DNA of 64,000 nt from assembly GCA_000004985.1 (NCBI GenBank), contig GG738897.1; one strand, given 5' to 3'. The translations under genes and the position numbers were made by a program. Numbering within the stretch: the first letter of the stretch is position 1; the number at the start of each line of letters is the position of its first letter. Source of the stretch: Naegleria gruberi (taxonomy: Eukaryota). The notes beneath the pieces were generated by a model. That model saw only the letters and a list, made by a program, of their open reading frames with translations, did not search any database and was not told the origin of the DNA. Below are positions 43,736-54,260 of this stretch, piece by piece.

Positions 43736-45212
43736 ATGATATCAAATCTATGCACACAAATAATAGGAATGGAACGTGTTTTTCCAAAGTTTGCAAATGC
43801 AACCAAGTTGCACAAAACTCTCCTTCTCTCCCTTCCACATAAAGTCACTTCATTAACAAGTTCTTTGGCTGTGTTTTCAAAGCACAATGTTAATTTGATA
43901 AAGATTGAATCACGTCCTAATCGATTTGATAAGAAGGTTATTGATTTTGTTGTCAATGTTGATGAAGGAGTGAGTAAGGATATTGTTGATAGAGCCATCA
44001 AGGAAATGGTTCAAGAAAAGATTTGTGATCATGTACAATATTTGGGATTTGAAAATAAGATTCCTTGGTTCCCAACAAAGATTGCAGATATTGACCATTT
44101 CGCAAGAGAATGTCTTGAAGCTGGTGCTGTTTTGCAAGCTGATCATCCAGGTTTCCATGATCAAGGTAAGGAATTGATTTATTGACATTGTTTCTAATGT
44201 TTATCAAATCAATAGAATACAGAGATCGTAGAAAGATGATCGCAGACATTGCTTTGAATTACAAACATGGAAGTCCAATTCCACGTATTGATTACACTGA
44301 AACTGAAAATAAGACTTGGAGTATTATTTACAAGAAATTGACAGCTCTCTATCCTAAATATGCTTGCGAACAATATAACAACTTGTTCCCATTATTTGAA
44401 CAAAACTGTGGTTTCAAGGAAGATAAAATCCCACAATTACAAGATGTCAGTGACTTTTTGTTGAGCTCAACAGGTTTCAGAATTAGACCTGTCTCTGGTT
44501 TGCTCACTTCAAGAGAGTAAGTTTTCAATTTTGAAATTTTTCATCATTTAACCCAAATAGTTTCCTTAATGCTCTTGCTTTTAGAGTTTTCCACAGTACC
44601 CAATATATTAGACATCACAGTAAGCCATACTATACACCAGAACCTGATGTTGTTCACGAAATGCTTGGTCACATGCCATTATTGGCTGATTCTGATTTTG
44701 CTGAATTCTCTCAACAAATTGGTCTTGCATCTCTCGGAGCTTCCGATGAAGAAATTGACAGACTTGTTAGACTCTACTGGTACTGTCTCGAATTTGGTAT
44801 CCTCAAGGAAAACGGTTCCTTGAAGGCTTATGGTGCTGGTTTGTTAAGCTCGTTTGGTGAACTAGAATATGGTTGTTCAGGCATTGATGCAGAAACTGGA
44901 AAGAAACCAGAATATTTACCATTCGTTCCAGAAGATGCTGCTAATAGAGTTTATCCAATCACTCACTACCAACCAATCTATTATGTTGTTGAAAGCTTGG
45001 AATCATGCAAAGATTTAATTAGAAGATACGTCAACAATTCTCTCGATAGACCATTCCAACTCAAATATAATCCATACACAAGTACTGTAGATGTTTTGGA
45101 TTCTCAAGAAAAATTAATAAGCTTGACAAAAACCATTCAAAACAACATGGATCTGTTAAAGTCTTCCCTTTCAAAGATTGGTCGTTCCTATGAAATTAAC
45201 AATAAAAAATAA
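43736..45212 (+). CDS. Biopterin-dependent aromatic amino acid hydroxylase (phenylalanine-4-hydroxylase-like) with N-terminal ACT regulatory domain; exons 43736..44165, 44216..44516, 44561..45212
   Basis: ACT domain: [34 protein letters not shown]. The catalytic domain is collinear with PAH. Examples: [15 protein letters not shown]…DHPGFHDQ|[42 protein letters not shown]…[15 protein letters not shown]|[43 protein letters not shown]…[14 protein letters not shown]. This includes the Fe-binding HxxxxH…E context. Donors are g|gtaagg and ga|gtaagt; acceptors are aatag and aaatag. Confidence 0.85.
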
Positions 45213-47288
45213 AAATTTAGCTATGGAAATTAGTATACTAATTTGAATTAATTAGAGCTTTTGGCAACCAACTATAACTCAGGGTCATACGTGTTAATTT
45301 TGATGTTGTGAATTAGGCAAGCTTAACTTGCCGCCAAAAATCAACGTGTTAAGCTTTGCCGGTTGACTGTGGCCAAAAAAATTTTGGTATTACAACGGTA
45401 TTTAAAAATATTATAAAATATTAAAAAACAAAATGTCCCTACATCCAACATGATGTTGTCTACTTGAACATATTTTTCAATGGATGCTGCTGATGTTGAA
45501 CACATCCTGTCTTCAAGCTATAACATTGTTACATGTACATCTCCCATACAACATCCTAAATGTATTAATGTTGTTGTTGCTCTTGTTATAATAGACTACA
45601 ATATATATTATGAATAATACAACAATAACAGCTATAACAGTACCATAATATATTACATCATCTTTTCAAACAGGCACAACTAATGCTAGGAACATGATGT
45701 GGAGCAAACAACAACAATAGAAGATGTTTCTTGTTGTTCTTGGTTGTGATTTATCCTGTTGTTTGTTGTTCTTCCCGCCAAATATCAGGGAATTACACAT
45801 GTTGAATTCTTGAAACATTCAACGAGGAGGCAATTACATGTCATTTGTATACATATACATGTGCGGATCATATGATGATGGATAACACACATGATAACAT
45901 GCAAATTGTTTACATAACATGTTGTTGATATGTTTTGCACAACTTATTGTGGATGTGTGAAGATTTCAAAATTTGTGGATGTAATCTGACGGTTGGAAAA
46001 TGTGGAATGTTTTCAAGATGGACATTATCTAACGCATTATCATTACCACATTTATTTTTTCTTTGGATGAATAGGAAAATGTTTTTGGAATGTTGTTGAA
46101 TGTGATGAAACTAAACTAATAGTACATTCTATACAACTTTACCATGCATTGAAAACATGCATTTTCTTTTATTCTAATGCACATGCATCAATTCATAGAT
46201 TCAATTTCATTCAACCCAATTAATATCGAATCTACATCATGTACCATTCGATTCTTTCCAAACTTTCGAATAATAGTGTAAATTAAAAGTGCATTCCAAT
46301 ACAACTAGTCAGAATCCAACAAATTAGTTAGTAGCCCATCTATTCGATCTATACTTGCTGTATTAGTATATGCACATTTACAGTAACATTGCAAAACATG
46401 TACATTTGGAGTAATAAGTGGATATAAAGAATTTGTGAATTTCATGGCAAAATAAATTGGAGAAATTCAAAACATAATCACCACAACCAGAAACTGGAAA
46501 ATTCAATTGTATACAGTAACACATTATTATGATTGTTTGCTCAGTCGATATTATTCGAAATCTTTCCAATAATTAAAGAACTTAATGGTTATCCACATAC
46601 ACAACAACAACATGTATTATCGAAACATTCCCAAACACTGACACATTCCAAACAAACACCCATGACCAATAATACTTGTCCACTCAATTCTGAATATTGA
46701 GAATTTCACAACATGAAATTGTCTCTTTTAATCATGTACCAACACTTCATGGTTTTTAAAATTAAAGAAATTGCGAAAAATGTTGAAAAAATCCGCATCA
46801 ACTAAAAAGCCCCTACTTTACCAATTCACTACAATTCATCATGAATCATTACCTTGTTTAGAGTTGACCAAACCTCGTAAAGGAATGAGAACGGAAGAAA
46901 GGTCCACAACGACCAAGAAATTAGTCAAACAGGCAAGACCTCGATCAATACGTGTAGATCCCTCGTTTCGAATAAACAATCTAATAGTTTGTGTTGATTC
47001 ACAGAGTTGACTAAAGTGGCAATTGACTAGAGCAGTGGGTAAAGCTAGTGGTGGTCGCAACAGTTAATAGTTTCATCAGCATTATGTTTATTCCGCCACA
47101 AGAAGAAGTATTTTTCAAAAAAGTGTCTTTACAATAACTATTAAATATATTGCAATTGCTTGGTATTATATTATTTAATATTTCTAAACAAAAAAAACAA
47201 CACTAATCACTGCACATTAGGTAAAGGCAGTAAACAATCGCAATTTTACCATCTAAGTTTCGAATAATTGTCATCATTGGACAATAAG

Positions 47289-49070
47289 ATGATACCCTTC
47301 TCTTCACGACCAACAACACAAACAACAACTCACATAACAACAACAACAACAACATTATCCGATCATCAGCAACATCAGCAACAGCAGCAGAATTATCCAC
47401 TGTTCTACATGTCGCAAAATATCACACCTTCTGATAATTTTCTTTCGTATAATTCCAATAATATTTCAAATATTAATATTGCTAATACTAATCAAACTAT
47501 TGCTAATACTGTTACAGCAACAGCAACAGCAACAGCAACAGTGGACAGTAACTCAAATTCTTCACCAATTCCATGCTATTACATCTTACGAGAGGAATGT
47601 GTTGGAGATTTAGAGGAAGAATTACGAAGAAGAGCAAGAGCTGTGAAAGATGTTGGACTTTCGAATAGTAATCAGTTAAGGAGAAACCTACCGCAGCAAA
47701 ATTCTATAATCAAACCTGTTATTGTTGAGAGACATGGCATCTTACCACTTTCAAATCAGGATTCTAATACTACTTTAGGTAAACTTAAAAATTATACTAA
47801 TTCCAATATAGGAATAATGATTACGACTCAAACAACATCTGAACCACTGAGTAAATCTCCTCATTATCCAATTACTCAACATGACCAGTCCGCCGTGCAA
47901 AAAGTAAATCTCCAATTGAGTAACAATCAGATTTTCCAACAACCAAACCAACAACCTTTCCAAACGCATGTTTCGAATAATACAACAATTACTAATACAA
48001 CTAGTACAACAATAGGCCCATCTCTAACTAATTTCTCACATGTTATTAATAATAATACTAATAGTACTAATACGAATCAACATGTTCTTGGAGGCATGAA
48101 TGTTTCGAATAATTCTAACGGTCAAATGCAACAAACTTCGAATGCACTTTTAGTACATACTACTAGCAGTCCTCAACAAGATGCTATTCTAAATCAAATA
48201 TTTGATGAGGAACAAGATGTGATTAAAAATAGTGAACTTGATGAGCTATTGGCAGTTGGCATGGATGACAATTCATTTCTGCAAAGTCCAACAATTAATA
48301 CCAATAATATTGGAAACATGTTTTATAGTGGAAGTAATGTAGGTGGTGCTGCCTCATCTTCTCCCTTATCACCACCAACTGTTCAAACTAATCTATTCGA
48401 AAGTAAGGTAAAGAAGGAAAAGAAGAGAGGCAAATCAGCAATGATACATGTTGAGATACCACCTCCTCTACTAGCACCCAATCAACCCACTCTTAACTCG
48501 CCCCAAAACAACTCAATTGGTGGAACACCATCCTACTCGACAACCAATAAGAAAGTCGCAAAAACATCAAAAAAGAAGAGAAAGCAATCAGCTGCTAGCT
48601 CCTCATCAATGCCATCAAGTAGCACGAGTACAAACACCAACGATCAACACTTCTTTTTTGGAAGTGGTAGTTCAACAGGTGGTAATTTACATGTTCTTCC
48701 AATGTTTCCTCCAAGCATCATGAATGGTGAAGAGGGAGGAGGACCAGATGAAGAAAGTAATGCACCACCAAGGAGAAAAAGAGGAAGACCACCAACTGTG
48801 TAAGTATTGACATTCAGTTTCTTTTCTAAATATTTTAATTTTTACAAACATGTAATATGAACAATATGCAAACATGTGATATTATTGTTTATAAACAGAC
48901 ATACGTGGAGTTTTGGTATTGGAGAGAACACCTATAATACCTTCACACGTTTCAGTAATCCATTAGAACAGGCAAATACTGTCAATTCGTATAATTCTTC
49001 TTCTTCCTCGAATTCTGATTCTGAATCTTCCAAGAAGAAAAAGAAGGAAAGTAAGAAGAAATCAAAATAA
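47289..49070 (+). CDS. Gln/Asn/Thr-rich low-complexity nuclear protein with C-terminal AT-hook (RRKRGRPPT); probable 2 exons 47289..48799 and 48899..49070
   Basis: The track start at 47268 is a TTG; the first ATG is at 47289 (MIPFSS…). Poly-Q and poly-T tracts and a (acagca)n repeat are present. An AT-hook core GRP is flanked by K/R. ORF 47268..48803 ends at taa overlapping GTAAGT at 48800. The acceptor ataaacag at 48898 joins in frame to HTWSFGIGENTY…SSSSSNSDSESSKKKKKESKKKSK (track ORF 48876..49070). Confidence 0.5.
47511..47545. repeat. (ACAGCA)n hexanucleotide microsatellite inside coding sequence (encodes TATATATAT)
   Basis: acagcaacagcaacagcaacagcaacag, read directly in the sequence. 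Confidence 0.6.
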
Positions 49071-49081
49071 ATAATTATTTA

Positions 49082-50097
49082 TTATTCAATTTGAACTGAA
49101 TCACCCTTCTTTAAGAGAATGTACTCAATAATTGGAGCTGGCATCCAAGGTCTGAAATATTGAATCAAGAAACGTTCAGTATAAGGTACAATAAATAAAA
49201 AGTCTCCATTCTTTCCTTCTACATTGGTAACCATTCTGGAAACACATTCGTCAACTTCCATGAATTGTGATAAATCTCTTTTAACATTGGAGGCTGACTT
49301 GTTTTCAGTTCCAAGAGCATTGAAGTGAATTTGAGTTTTAACAAAGCCAGGACAAACAATTGAAATAGTGACCTTCTTTCCATAAATTCCCTCCTTCAAT
49401 AATTCCAATTTCAAAGCTTCATAAAATCCATGAAGAGCAAATTTGCTACTAGAATAGGCAGTTCTATAACTTGATGAAATAGTTAGAATGATTAGAATCA
49501 TCATAAAACATACCAAACACCTGATAATCCAGCAAGACTTGAAACAACACAAATAGAGCAATGAGATTCTTGCTTTTCTCTCAAATGTTTCATCAAGTAG
49601 AATGTTGGTGTGACACATCCAAAGAAATTAGTCTCCATCAAGCTTCTATGACCATCTAAATTTGTAGCTTGAGCAAACATTTGCACTGCTGATCTTCCAG
49701 CATTCAAATAAATTACATCAATTCTCTCATTTAAATATTTAGCACTCAACTCGATCAAATTTTTACATTCCTCATCAACGGAAACATCTGTCTTGACACA
49801 GAAAATCTCGTGACCCTTTCCACTATATTCCTTCAACATGATTTCCTTCAATTCTTGCAATTTCTCAACATTTCTAGCAGTTATGACAATTTTATTTCTC
49901 TTTCCGATGGTACAATAGTGTCGCAATAATTGTTCTCCAATGCCAGAGCTTGCTCCGGTGATGATAATATGTCTATTGGAGAGGCACTCTTCAGAATTGA
50001 CTCTCTTTCTCTCCTTCTCAAATTCTAAATATCTAAACACATTCAAGCCAATTACTCCAATTAAAAGCAACAAGACTCCCGCCAAATATTCGATCAT
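49082..50097 (-). CDS. Short-chain dehydrogenase/reductase (SDR) with N-terminal membrane anchor (11β-HSD1/DHRS7-like); exons 50097..49514 and 49469..49082, 44-nt intron
   Basis: ATG at 50095-50097 (MIEYLAGVLLLLIGVIGLNVF, TM). It has the cofactor motif TGASSGIG, an NAG motif, and the catalytic Ser within VVSSLAGLSG. Donor tttg|gtatgt and acceptor tcatcaag join as …LSGV|C|YRTAYSSSKFALHGF…, restoring the YxxxK active site. A ctaac branch-like element lies inside the intron. Confidence 0.8.
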
Positions 50098-50673
50098 TTT
50101 TTTTAATAAATTGAAAAAAATGAAAAACCAATCGAACCATAATTTTCATCCGAGTGAGGATGGAGAATTTACCTAGCACATTAAATCTTGTCCGATTTGA
50201 TTGTTAAATTGAATGATGATACAATCATGACGGTCTTCTGAGGAAATAGTGAAGAGGAAACATGTTTAAACCCAATTTATTGGCTGACCAAATAGTGTAT
50301 TATACTAAATATGATTTTATGTATTTTATATTGATTTGGTTGAAAGATAATATTAAAGGATTATTTGAGAAAATTAAATTTGATTTTATAATTAAGTGAA
50401 TTTAATAATAATCAGATATCCAACTTTAATTAAATGTTAATCCGTTTCCATAAATCAATTTTTGATTTCAATTTCTAATATTCACCATTTTCCAATTAAC
50501 TAATTAATTTGACCTTCCATTGAAAATTATCAGGAAATTGTAATGAATTGTGAAAAGAGATCCCTCAACATTTCGATTTGTCAAGGTTCTTCCTATCCTT
50601 GACTAAGAAATATCAAAATTTCCAATTATCCAATACCTTAATGAACCAGCATATGAAAGTTAAATAAGGAGTT

Positions 50674-51096
50674 TCAGTCATACTTGTCAAGAAGAGCCTG
50701 TCTTTTCTTTCTTTCCTCATCAGAAATATCATTCAATTCCTCATGTGAATAATATTCTTGTTGAGGGATGTTTCCCTTCTTTTTGGTATTCAATGGTTTC
50801 ATCATCATTGGAATTACTAATTGAAAAGGTAAATGAGCAGAGTTTGTTATTTCTCCCTCTGTTAGAATTGACTTGATATACATATCCCGATCATGTTCAA
50901 TGGAAGTTGATTTAGGTACTTTAGGAATACCATTCGGAAAGAACAATGAATCAGGTGTATCATCAAACAGTGTACTAGAATTGTTAAATGACAAATCATT
51001 GATTGGTTCAAGATTATCATCATTAGAAAGAAGATTCGTTCCATTTGTTAGTGCAAGAGCAGCCTTCATAACATTCGACAGTAGAAATGATGACAT
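50674..51096 (-). CDS. Hypothetical 140-aa protein
   Basis: ATG at 51094-51096 with a complete ORF. The C-terminus is acidic and basic (DISDEERKKRQALLDKYD). No assignable family. Confidence 0.4.
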   Translation of the reverse strand: MSSFLLSNVMKAALALTNGTNLLSNDDNLEPINDLSFNNSSTLFDDTPDSLFFPNGIPKVPKSTSIEHDRDMYIKSILTEGEITNSAHLPFQLVIPMMMKPLNTKKKGNIPQQEYYSHEELNDISDEERKKRQALLDKYD

Positions 51097-51171
51097 TTTT
51101 AATTTGTTGGTTTTTAATTATTAATTATTGATATTTTCGATTTAAATTATTAATATTTACAAAATGTACAA

Positions 51172-52367
51172 TTAGTGCCTCATTCGTGCAAATAAAGCTG
51201 GTAAATGTGGCAATATTTCATGATAACTAATGTTACCGTCACCATCAACATCACAATCATGCAGCATTTCATCAACTAAATCTGAAATGTCTTCCTCCGA
51301 AATATCTTCATCACCATTCTTTGAGAGAGCTTCCTGCACGTCTTGCATGAAGCTTAATAGTTCATCTCTTTCAATTACACCAGATCCATCTCCATCATAA
51401 TATTCAAATATATAACGAAGTAACCTGGATTGAAGCTTCTTTTGCAGTTTGCTAACCTCTTTGGAATCAAATATTGGTGATGGAGTTTCAAAATCTTCAT
51501 CTGCTAATATCTTCATGAACAGATTGATATCTCGAAGTAAATTACCAGTAGGCCGATAATCAAAGAACCTAAAGAACAAGTCAAATTCCTTTTTCAATTC
51601 TCTTGATGTGAGATTTTCAAGAAATTGTATTTGTTCTGTCGATAAGCTTGGATTAAACACTATATAAGACTCGTCTAACTGGCCACATGAATCAATCATT
51701 TCACCTCTCATTATATTAGAACTCCAAAATAATTCAAAACTCAGTCTGTCAAACTTTTGAGCCTTAATTACATTTTGCAAGCTCTCCACCAGTGTTGTTA
51801 TACTCTCTATAGGAAAAATAGCAACAAGTATTAGTTTTAGTAACAACAATAACAAAACTTACTTTCTGTTACTTTGGTTTGACCACACATGTATAATAAA
51901 TCTCTACAAAACTTTCTCAACTCTGATGAATCTAAAAATCCACTCTTATCCCTATCATATGAATCAAATACTATCTTTGAAAGCTTCATTGATACTTCTT
52001 CCTTTGATTCATTCTGATCAAAATATGTAATGATTGAATTTACATTCTCGAATAAGTTCGTATGAACTGGCAGATCAAAAAACTTTAATATATTCTCAAA
52101 TTGCTTATTCATTTCCGCCATCTTAGTGTTCCTCCTCCTCCTTTTAATATTAAGATAACCTTTCAGTGATTCCTTTGATGTATTGAGAAGGTTTTTCTTG
52201 GCCTTATTTATATTTACATAAGGCGTTGTACTCGATTTTATAGGAGAGACCGTTGTTGAATTGTCGCTAACTTTTGTTGATGATGAGAAGAATGTCCTCA
52301 CTGATGATGAATTCGAAGAGGAGGACACGGAATTTCCACAAGATATAGATGAGCAAATTCCCCCCAT
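51172..52367 (-). CDS. EF-hand calcium-binding protein (≥3 EF hands); exons 52367..51863 and 51806..51172, 56-nt intron
   Basis: The N-terminus MGGICSS… looks like a myristoylation/palmitoylation site. EF loops are DRDKSGFLDSSEL, DGDGSGVIERDEL and DVDGDGNISYHEI. Exon 1 ends …GQTKVTE(a)|gtaagt. The acceptor cctatag gives …K SITTLVESLQNVIKAQKFDRLSFELF…. Confidence 0.75.
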
Positions 52368-53039
52368 TTTTTATGTTGTGTGTTGGGGCTGGCAACGAAT
52401 AATTGCTTCTTTTTCCCTCAATAAATTTTTAATGGAAATAGAGCACATTTAGGGCTATTTTGTTGGCTCCTTCATTAAGGTGGACCTTATGAAATGTCCA
52501 CAAACAAGCCATACCAGTCCATGGAGGCAATCACTAATTAAGGTAAAATCACCCTTATTAATCGAGATGTATTGTGATATTAATTCCAGTCCATTAAGAT
52601 TTATTATCTTAACGTAGAGGACTTGATAGTCAGTCGATGTGAAAATAAGACAAATGTTTGTTTGTGAATATATTCTTTGGGGATTATGTCTCCTCCATTA
52701 TACAGTTGTTTACTGATTGAAAATGTGTTACCTCTTCCTCAATAGTAGAAACAAAAGCTTCAGACTTTTTCTCACATCGGTTTTGGAATGGAGATAAGGT
52801 TCGAATTGAATATATTTTGGTGCTAAAGTCCATTTTAATTTTCCATATTAATATTACTTTCAATACCAATGTATTATCCACAAGAAAGCTTTGTTTCAAT
52901 CAGTTAATATTATTGACGTTAACCAGCTATCTAATTTTAAAAATTCATCATCATATAAATAGCAAATTGTAAAATATTAGCCAATTTGAAATACAAAAAC
53001 AAATTATTATTAAATAATTTATAAAAATAGATTTAAAAA

Positions 53040-54080
53040 ATGACGACGAATAACCAATCGATGGCAATGTATTCCTCTGCTACTCAGCAACAGGATACAA
53101 ATGGCCAACAACAACAAGATGGTAAAAACGGTGCAAATTATAATACAAACCGATTAAACGCTAGACAACAGATGAATATTGGAGTTTTAAAGAGAAAAGA
53201 TAAATTTATTACGACAATACACTCGACCTTTGATCATGTAGTATTTTACAAGTTTCAAGATGATTCATGGGATAAATTGGAAGTAGAAGGAGCCATGTTT
53301 ATTGTAGAGAGAAACGAACCAAAATTTCCCAAGTATCGTATTGTAGTGATGAATAGAAAGAGTAGTGATGATTTTCGTCAAGATATTACAAAGGATTTAG
53401 AATTGGAAGTCCATCACCCATATGTATTCTATAGAACCAAAGGTCGTATTATCAAGGGAATTTGGTTCTACAAATCTTTGCAATGTATTGAATTTAATGA
53501 CCTCATCGTTTCGTTGAAAGAAAAGGCCTATGGAAAGACGGAACCAGAAAGCAAACAATCAAATACTTTTGTACAACCACCAACTACTTTGCAACCATCT
53601 CCTCTAATTAATTACCATCCAAACCATGCTGATTCAATTTATCATCCATCATCACAATCCCATCAAATTAATCATCATCAAAACGATTCACAACCATCAT
53701 CAGATGCTTCATCTTTACTTAAGAATATGCTAGGAATTGGAGGTGTAACAGGATTACCACCAGTTGAAAATGGTTCCTTTAATCCATCATCTGCAATGGA
53801 CGGAAATAATTATCTAGATGAAGAATCACTTATCAGAGAACACTTTTTCAACTCTAGTGCCAATCAACAAGTTTCTACTGTGGTTGAACCAGAATATTCA
53901 TCTGTGTTATCTCAAGAGTGTGTTCAACAATTCGGAAAGAGGAAGTTTGTCACTAAGGAAATGTTCATCAATCAGCTCATGTTCACACTAGAATCTAACA
54001 AGGACTTTTCCGATGCTTGCTACAATCAATATTGCCAATTTCTAGCTGATGAAAATAAACAATCAGGAAATAGGTGCTAG
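53040..54080 (+). CDS. DCP1: mRNA-decapping enzyme subunit 1 (Dcp1, EVH1/PH-like domain)
   Basis: ATG at 53040. After a Q-rich N-terminus comes the Dcp1 EVH1 core: VVFYKFQDDSWDKLEVEGAMFIVERNEPKFPKYRIVVMNRKSSDDFRQDITKDLELEVHHPYVFYRTKGRIIKGIWFY. This corresponds to the conserved W-x-K-x-x-EG-x-LF…NR…G-IW-FY pattern. A short 3' exon cannot be excluded. Confidence 0.75.
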   Translation: MTTNNQSMAMYSSATQQQDTNGQQQQDGKNGANYNTNRLNARQQMNIGVLKRKDKFITTIHSTFDHVVFYKFQDDSWDKLEVEGAMFIVERNEPKFPKYRIVVMNRKSSDDFRQDITKDLELEVHHPYVFYRTKGRIIKGIWFYKSLQCIEFNDLIVSLKEKAYGKTEPESKQSNTFVQPPTTLQPSPLINYHPNHADSIYHPSSQSHQINHHQNDSQPSSDASSLLKNMLGIGGVTGLPPVENGSFNPSSAMDGNNYLDEESLIREHFFNSSANQQVSTVVEPEYSSVLSQECVQQFGKRKFVTKEMFINQLMFTLESNKDFSDACYNQYCQFLADENKQSGNRC

Positions 54081-54260
54081 ATATATAGGTAAAATAATTT
54101 ACAATTTCTTCTTCTCCAATAATGATGATTATTATCTTATCCTATTCATCATTATTAATTCAACAACTTCTAACACCAAGATAACCAACAGTTCTCTGCA
54201 AATCTCAAAGTCCTCCTCCATCGAAGTGCGATCCTGATGAAAAAAGGCTTGTGAAAAAAA

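Noticed and set aside
43736-44185. Single-nucleotide inconsistencies between my position counts and the ORF-track coordinates at 35462, 43736 and 52367
   Set aside because: These are probably counting slips on my side rather than frameshifts or pseudogenes, since the track translations there are continuous and conserved. I therefore kept the track coordinates for those features. My hand-derived exon boundaries elsewhere should be read as ±1–2 nt.
45213-47288. Calling the ORF-free island a transposon
   Set aside because: There are no terminal inverted or long terminal repeats, no target-site duplication I could see, and no RT, integrase or transposase ORF remnants on either strand. It is kept as an open finding rather than a mobile_element feature.
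26500-48200. Recurrent (g)tttcgaata / tattcgaaa motif (TTCGAA palindrome), seen many times at 26.5–27.7 kb, 46.2–47.3 kb and 47.9–48.1 kb
   Set aside because: It occurs in coding and non-coding contexts on both strands with no fixed spacing. It is most likely a compositional or codon-usage effect (Phe-Arg-Ile or Ser-Asn codons) rather than a regulatory site. It could be rechecked with a genome-wide k-mer enrichment test.
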